From Takakia lepidozioides (lineage: Eukaryota > Plantae > Bryophyta), in contig CM060733.1 of NCBI GenBank assembly GCA_030704615.1, positions 61,814,001-61,878,000 of the forward strand: a stretch of DNA of 64,000 nt, written 5' to 3'. The stretch's first letter is position 1; every line of letters begins with the position of its first letter. Shown piece by piece: positions 62,290 through 64,000 of this stretch. The translations under genes and the position numbers were made by a program. The notes under the pieces were generated by a model. The model saw only the letters and a list, made by a program, of their open reading frames with translations. It had not been told where the DNA came from and made no database searches.

Positions 62290-64000
62290 CATTACTACCC
62301 CCGGATGGAAATTCGGCACTGAATATCCAACAGGGGCCGCACGTATGAAGTCGCCTCGGGCAGAGAAGCCGGAACCTATCCGACAGAGAACAACCCCCGG
62401 ATGGAAATTCAGCGTCGAATTTCCATTCGGATCCACCCAAAGAAAGTCATGTCGGGGGTCAGGCCGAAAATTGGCCGACATAAAAACCTCCGCGGATGGA
62501 AAAACGGCGCCGAATTTCCATCCGAGGCCTTTCGGATGCAGTCGGCTCGGGGGAAAGGCCGCCATCTGGCCCTTACATTACAACCCCCGGACGGAAATTC
62601 GGCACCGAATATACAACAGGGGAAGCCCGGATGAAGTCGCCTCGGGCGTAGAGGCCGACGCGTGTGCGACAGAGAATATCCCCTGGATGGAGATTCGGCA
62701 CCGAATTTCCATCCGGGCCCCCCCAAAGGAAGTCGTGTCGGGGGGTCAGGCCAAAAACTGGCCGGCATAAAAACATCCCCAGATGGAAAAACGGCGCCGA
62801 ATTTCCATCCGGGGCGGTTCGGATGCAATCGGGGAGGGGGGAGAGGCCGGCACCTGGCCGTCACAGTTCAACCCCCGGACGGAAATTCGGCACCGAATAT
62901 CCAACAGGGGACGCCCGGATGAAGTCGCCGCGGGCGTAGAGGCCGGCACGTGTTCGACAGAGAGTATTCCTTGGATGAAGATTCGGCGCCGAATTTCCAT
63001 CCGGGGCCGTTCCAATGCAGTCGGAGAGGGGGGAGAGGCCGGCACCTGGCCGTCATATTTCAACCCCCGGACGGAAATTCGGCACCGAATATCCAACAGA
63101 GCGGCGGAGAGGCCGGCACCTCTCCGACAGAGACCATCCCCCGGATGGAAATTCGGCGCCGAATTTCCATCGGGGCCCCCTCAAAGGAAGTCGTAAAAAC
63201 CTCCCAGAATGGAAAAACGGCGCCGAATTTCTTTCCGAGGCTGTTCCGATTTGCCTCTAGCAGTCAAGGATTCCAAGAAAAACGTGTCTACAAGTGCACT
63301 TCAGCCACAAAACAAACAGTTAGGTTTGTTTTTCTCCGAAAAATCAATCGGACACGCTCAGAATTACCTGCAGGAAGGTAATTCAGCGCTTCGAAATACC
63401 TGGCGAATGGAAATTCGGGGCCGAATATGCATACGCCAGCGATCCGACTTACCTGCTGGATGGAAATTCGGCGCCGGATTTCCATCCATCCGGGATTCGA
63501 ATTACCTGCAGGATGGAAATTCGGCGCCGGATTTCCATCCATCCGCCTCCGAATTACTTGCGTGAGGGAAATTTCGCGCGTCGCCCTATCTTGCAGGATG
63601 AAAATTCGGGGCCGGATTTCCATCCATCCGCCTCCGAATTACATGCATGAGGGAAATTTCGCGCGCCGCCCTACCTGCGCGGATGGAAATCCGGCGCCGG
63701 ATTTCCATCCATCCGCTTCTGAATTACCTGCGTGAGGGAAATTTCGCGCACCGCCCTACCTTGCAGGATGGAAATTCGGCGCTGAATTTCCATCCTGCTT
63801 GGCTCCGAATTACCTGCGTGAGGGAAATTTCGCGCGCCGCCCTACCTGCGCGGATGGAAATCCGGCGCCGGATTTCCATCCATCCGCTTCTGAATTACCT
63901 GCGTGAGGGAAATTTCACGCGCCGCCCTACCTTGCAGGATGGAAATTCGGCGCTGAATTTCCATCCTGCTTGGCTCTGAATTACCTGCGTGAGGGAAATT
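62290..64000. repeat. Palindrome array of MULE copy 2 (runs off the window)
   Basis: About 20 variants of GGATGGAAATTCGGCGCCG(A/G)ATTTCCATCC. From ~63560 they alternate with GAATTACCTGCGTGAGGGAAATTTCGCGCG in ~86-bp units (~172-bp higher-order unit). Confidence 0.92.

Noticed and set aside
62290-64000. CRISPR array (regularly spaced ~30-bp palindromic repeats)
   Set aside because: The intervening sequences are themselves repeated rather than unique spacers, there are no cas genes, and the context is a eukaryotic TE.

Overview
A repeat-saturated eukaryotic window, almost certainly a land-plant nuclear genome (spliceosomal introns, PLS-class PPR/DYW RNA-editing-factor sequences, OSB-type PDF motifs; the TE families suggest a non-angiosperm, but the species cannot be named from sequence). 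I see no intact host gene. The window is a stack of nested, mostly decayed transposons: a Sola-like transposase, a LINE, several CACTA elements (one complete non-autonomous element with TIRs and an ATA TSD that carries PPR/PDF gene fragments), three lineages of Mutator-like (MULE) transposases, a chromoviral Ty3 element with both LTRs and a GATAT TSD, and other Ty3-like gag/protease remnants. The most notable structure is a Mutator-like element (left terminus ~16815, right part ~33380; a rearranged second copy at 58176-64000). It carries a GCM-like/MULE/SWIM transposase on the + strand and, divergently, an intron-containing gene for a ParB-like domain fused to a prokaryote/phage-type beta-class N4-C/N6-A DNA methyltransferase. 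Between the two genes lies an array of 30-36-bp palindromes (GGATGGAAATTCGGCGCCGAATTTCCATCC). This looks like a transposon-borne 'ParB-methylase + parS-like array' epigenetic module. Both genes are disrupted in these copies. Domain calls rest on motif recognition by eye, not on database searches.
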